This document shows, piece by piece, positions 63,879-64,000 of a stretch of DNA of 64,000 bases. The notes below the pieces were generated by a model, which was not told the DNA's origin, did no database searches, and was given only the letters and a program-made list of their open reading frames with translations. Both the position numbers and the translations under genes were made by a program. Origin of the DNA: a virus. Each line of letters starts with the position of its first letter. Within the stretch, counting starts at the first letter, position 1. Location of the stretch: positions 68,619 to 132,618 of IMG/VR virus record IMGVR_UViG_3300025405_000011; one strand, 5' to 3'.

Positions 63879-63908
63879 CTTCTTGTGGGCTCAATACCCA
63901 CTTGAAGT
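63878..63908 (+). repeat. 12-bp intergenic hairpin, copy 12
   Basis: ACTTCTTGTGGG-CTCAATA-CCCACTTGAAGT (tandem U.U), then GCTA and an ACTCT-GGGA-AGAGT hairpin. Confidence 0.75.
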
Positions 63909-63954
63909 GCTACTCTGGGAAGAGTTAAAATATACATAACAAGTAAGGAGAAAT

Positions 63955-64000
63955 ATGAAATATAGATTGGTTGACTATACTAGCTGTCGAGGTGACTTTA
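63955..64000 (+). CDS. Start of a gene running off the window
   Basis: AAGTAAGGAG RBS, then MKYRLVDYTSCRGDF. Confidence 0.55.
   Translation, partial: MKYRLVDYTSCRGDF

Noticed and set aside
54432-63908. CRISPR array or integron attC cassette array
   Set aside because: The stem sequences differ between copies and spacing is gene-sized. There are no GTTRRRY/RYYYAAC cores, and no cas or integrase gene is visible.

Overview
This is a 64-kb piece of a large tailed dsDNA phage genome (about 40-45% GC by eye). The host is most likely actinobacterial, inferred from a portal, protease and capsid that resemble large actinobacteriophage myoviruses, plus an Rpf-like transglycosylase, an actinophage-type holin and an HGT..GCRC repeat protein. 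Positions 1-53.6 kb are one minus-strand block. In transcription order it encodes many probable head-associated proteins mixed with accessory genes (FkbM methyltransferase, papain-like peptidase, Dps, metallophosphoesterase, holin, APS-kinase-like protein, three tRNAs). These are followed by portal, prohead protease, scaffold, capsid, tail-fibre genes and neck genes. After a GC-rich divergent gap (53.6-54.0 kb), a plus-strand block of short early-type genes follows, including a MoxR-type AAA ATPase/VWA pair. The main unexplained signals are: (1) twelve intergenic 12-bp hairpins with T-loop-like loops and an N-C-T-type 3' trailer that punctuate the plus-strand operon like tRNA minihelices, often followed by covarying pseudoknots before the RBS; (2) a 42-Cys insert with exact mirror-symmetric cysteine blocks; (3) a shared N-terminal tag and [KR]-x-A-S motifs across head-region proteins, including Dps; (4) pervasive Ser-Gly motifs in surface proteins; (5) a 1770-aa polybasic repeat protein; (6) a phased A-tract array; (7) patchy CTAG over-representation. 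All functional calls come from motif recognition only. No searches were run.
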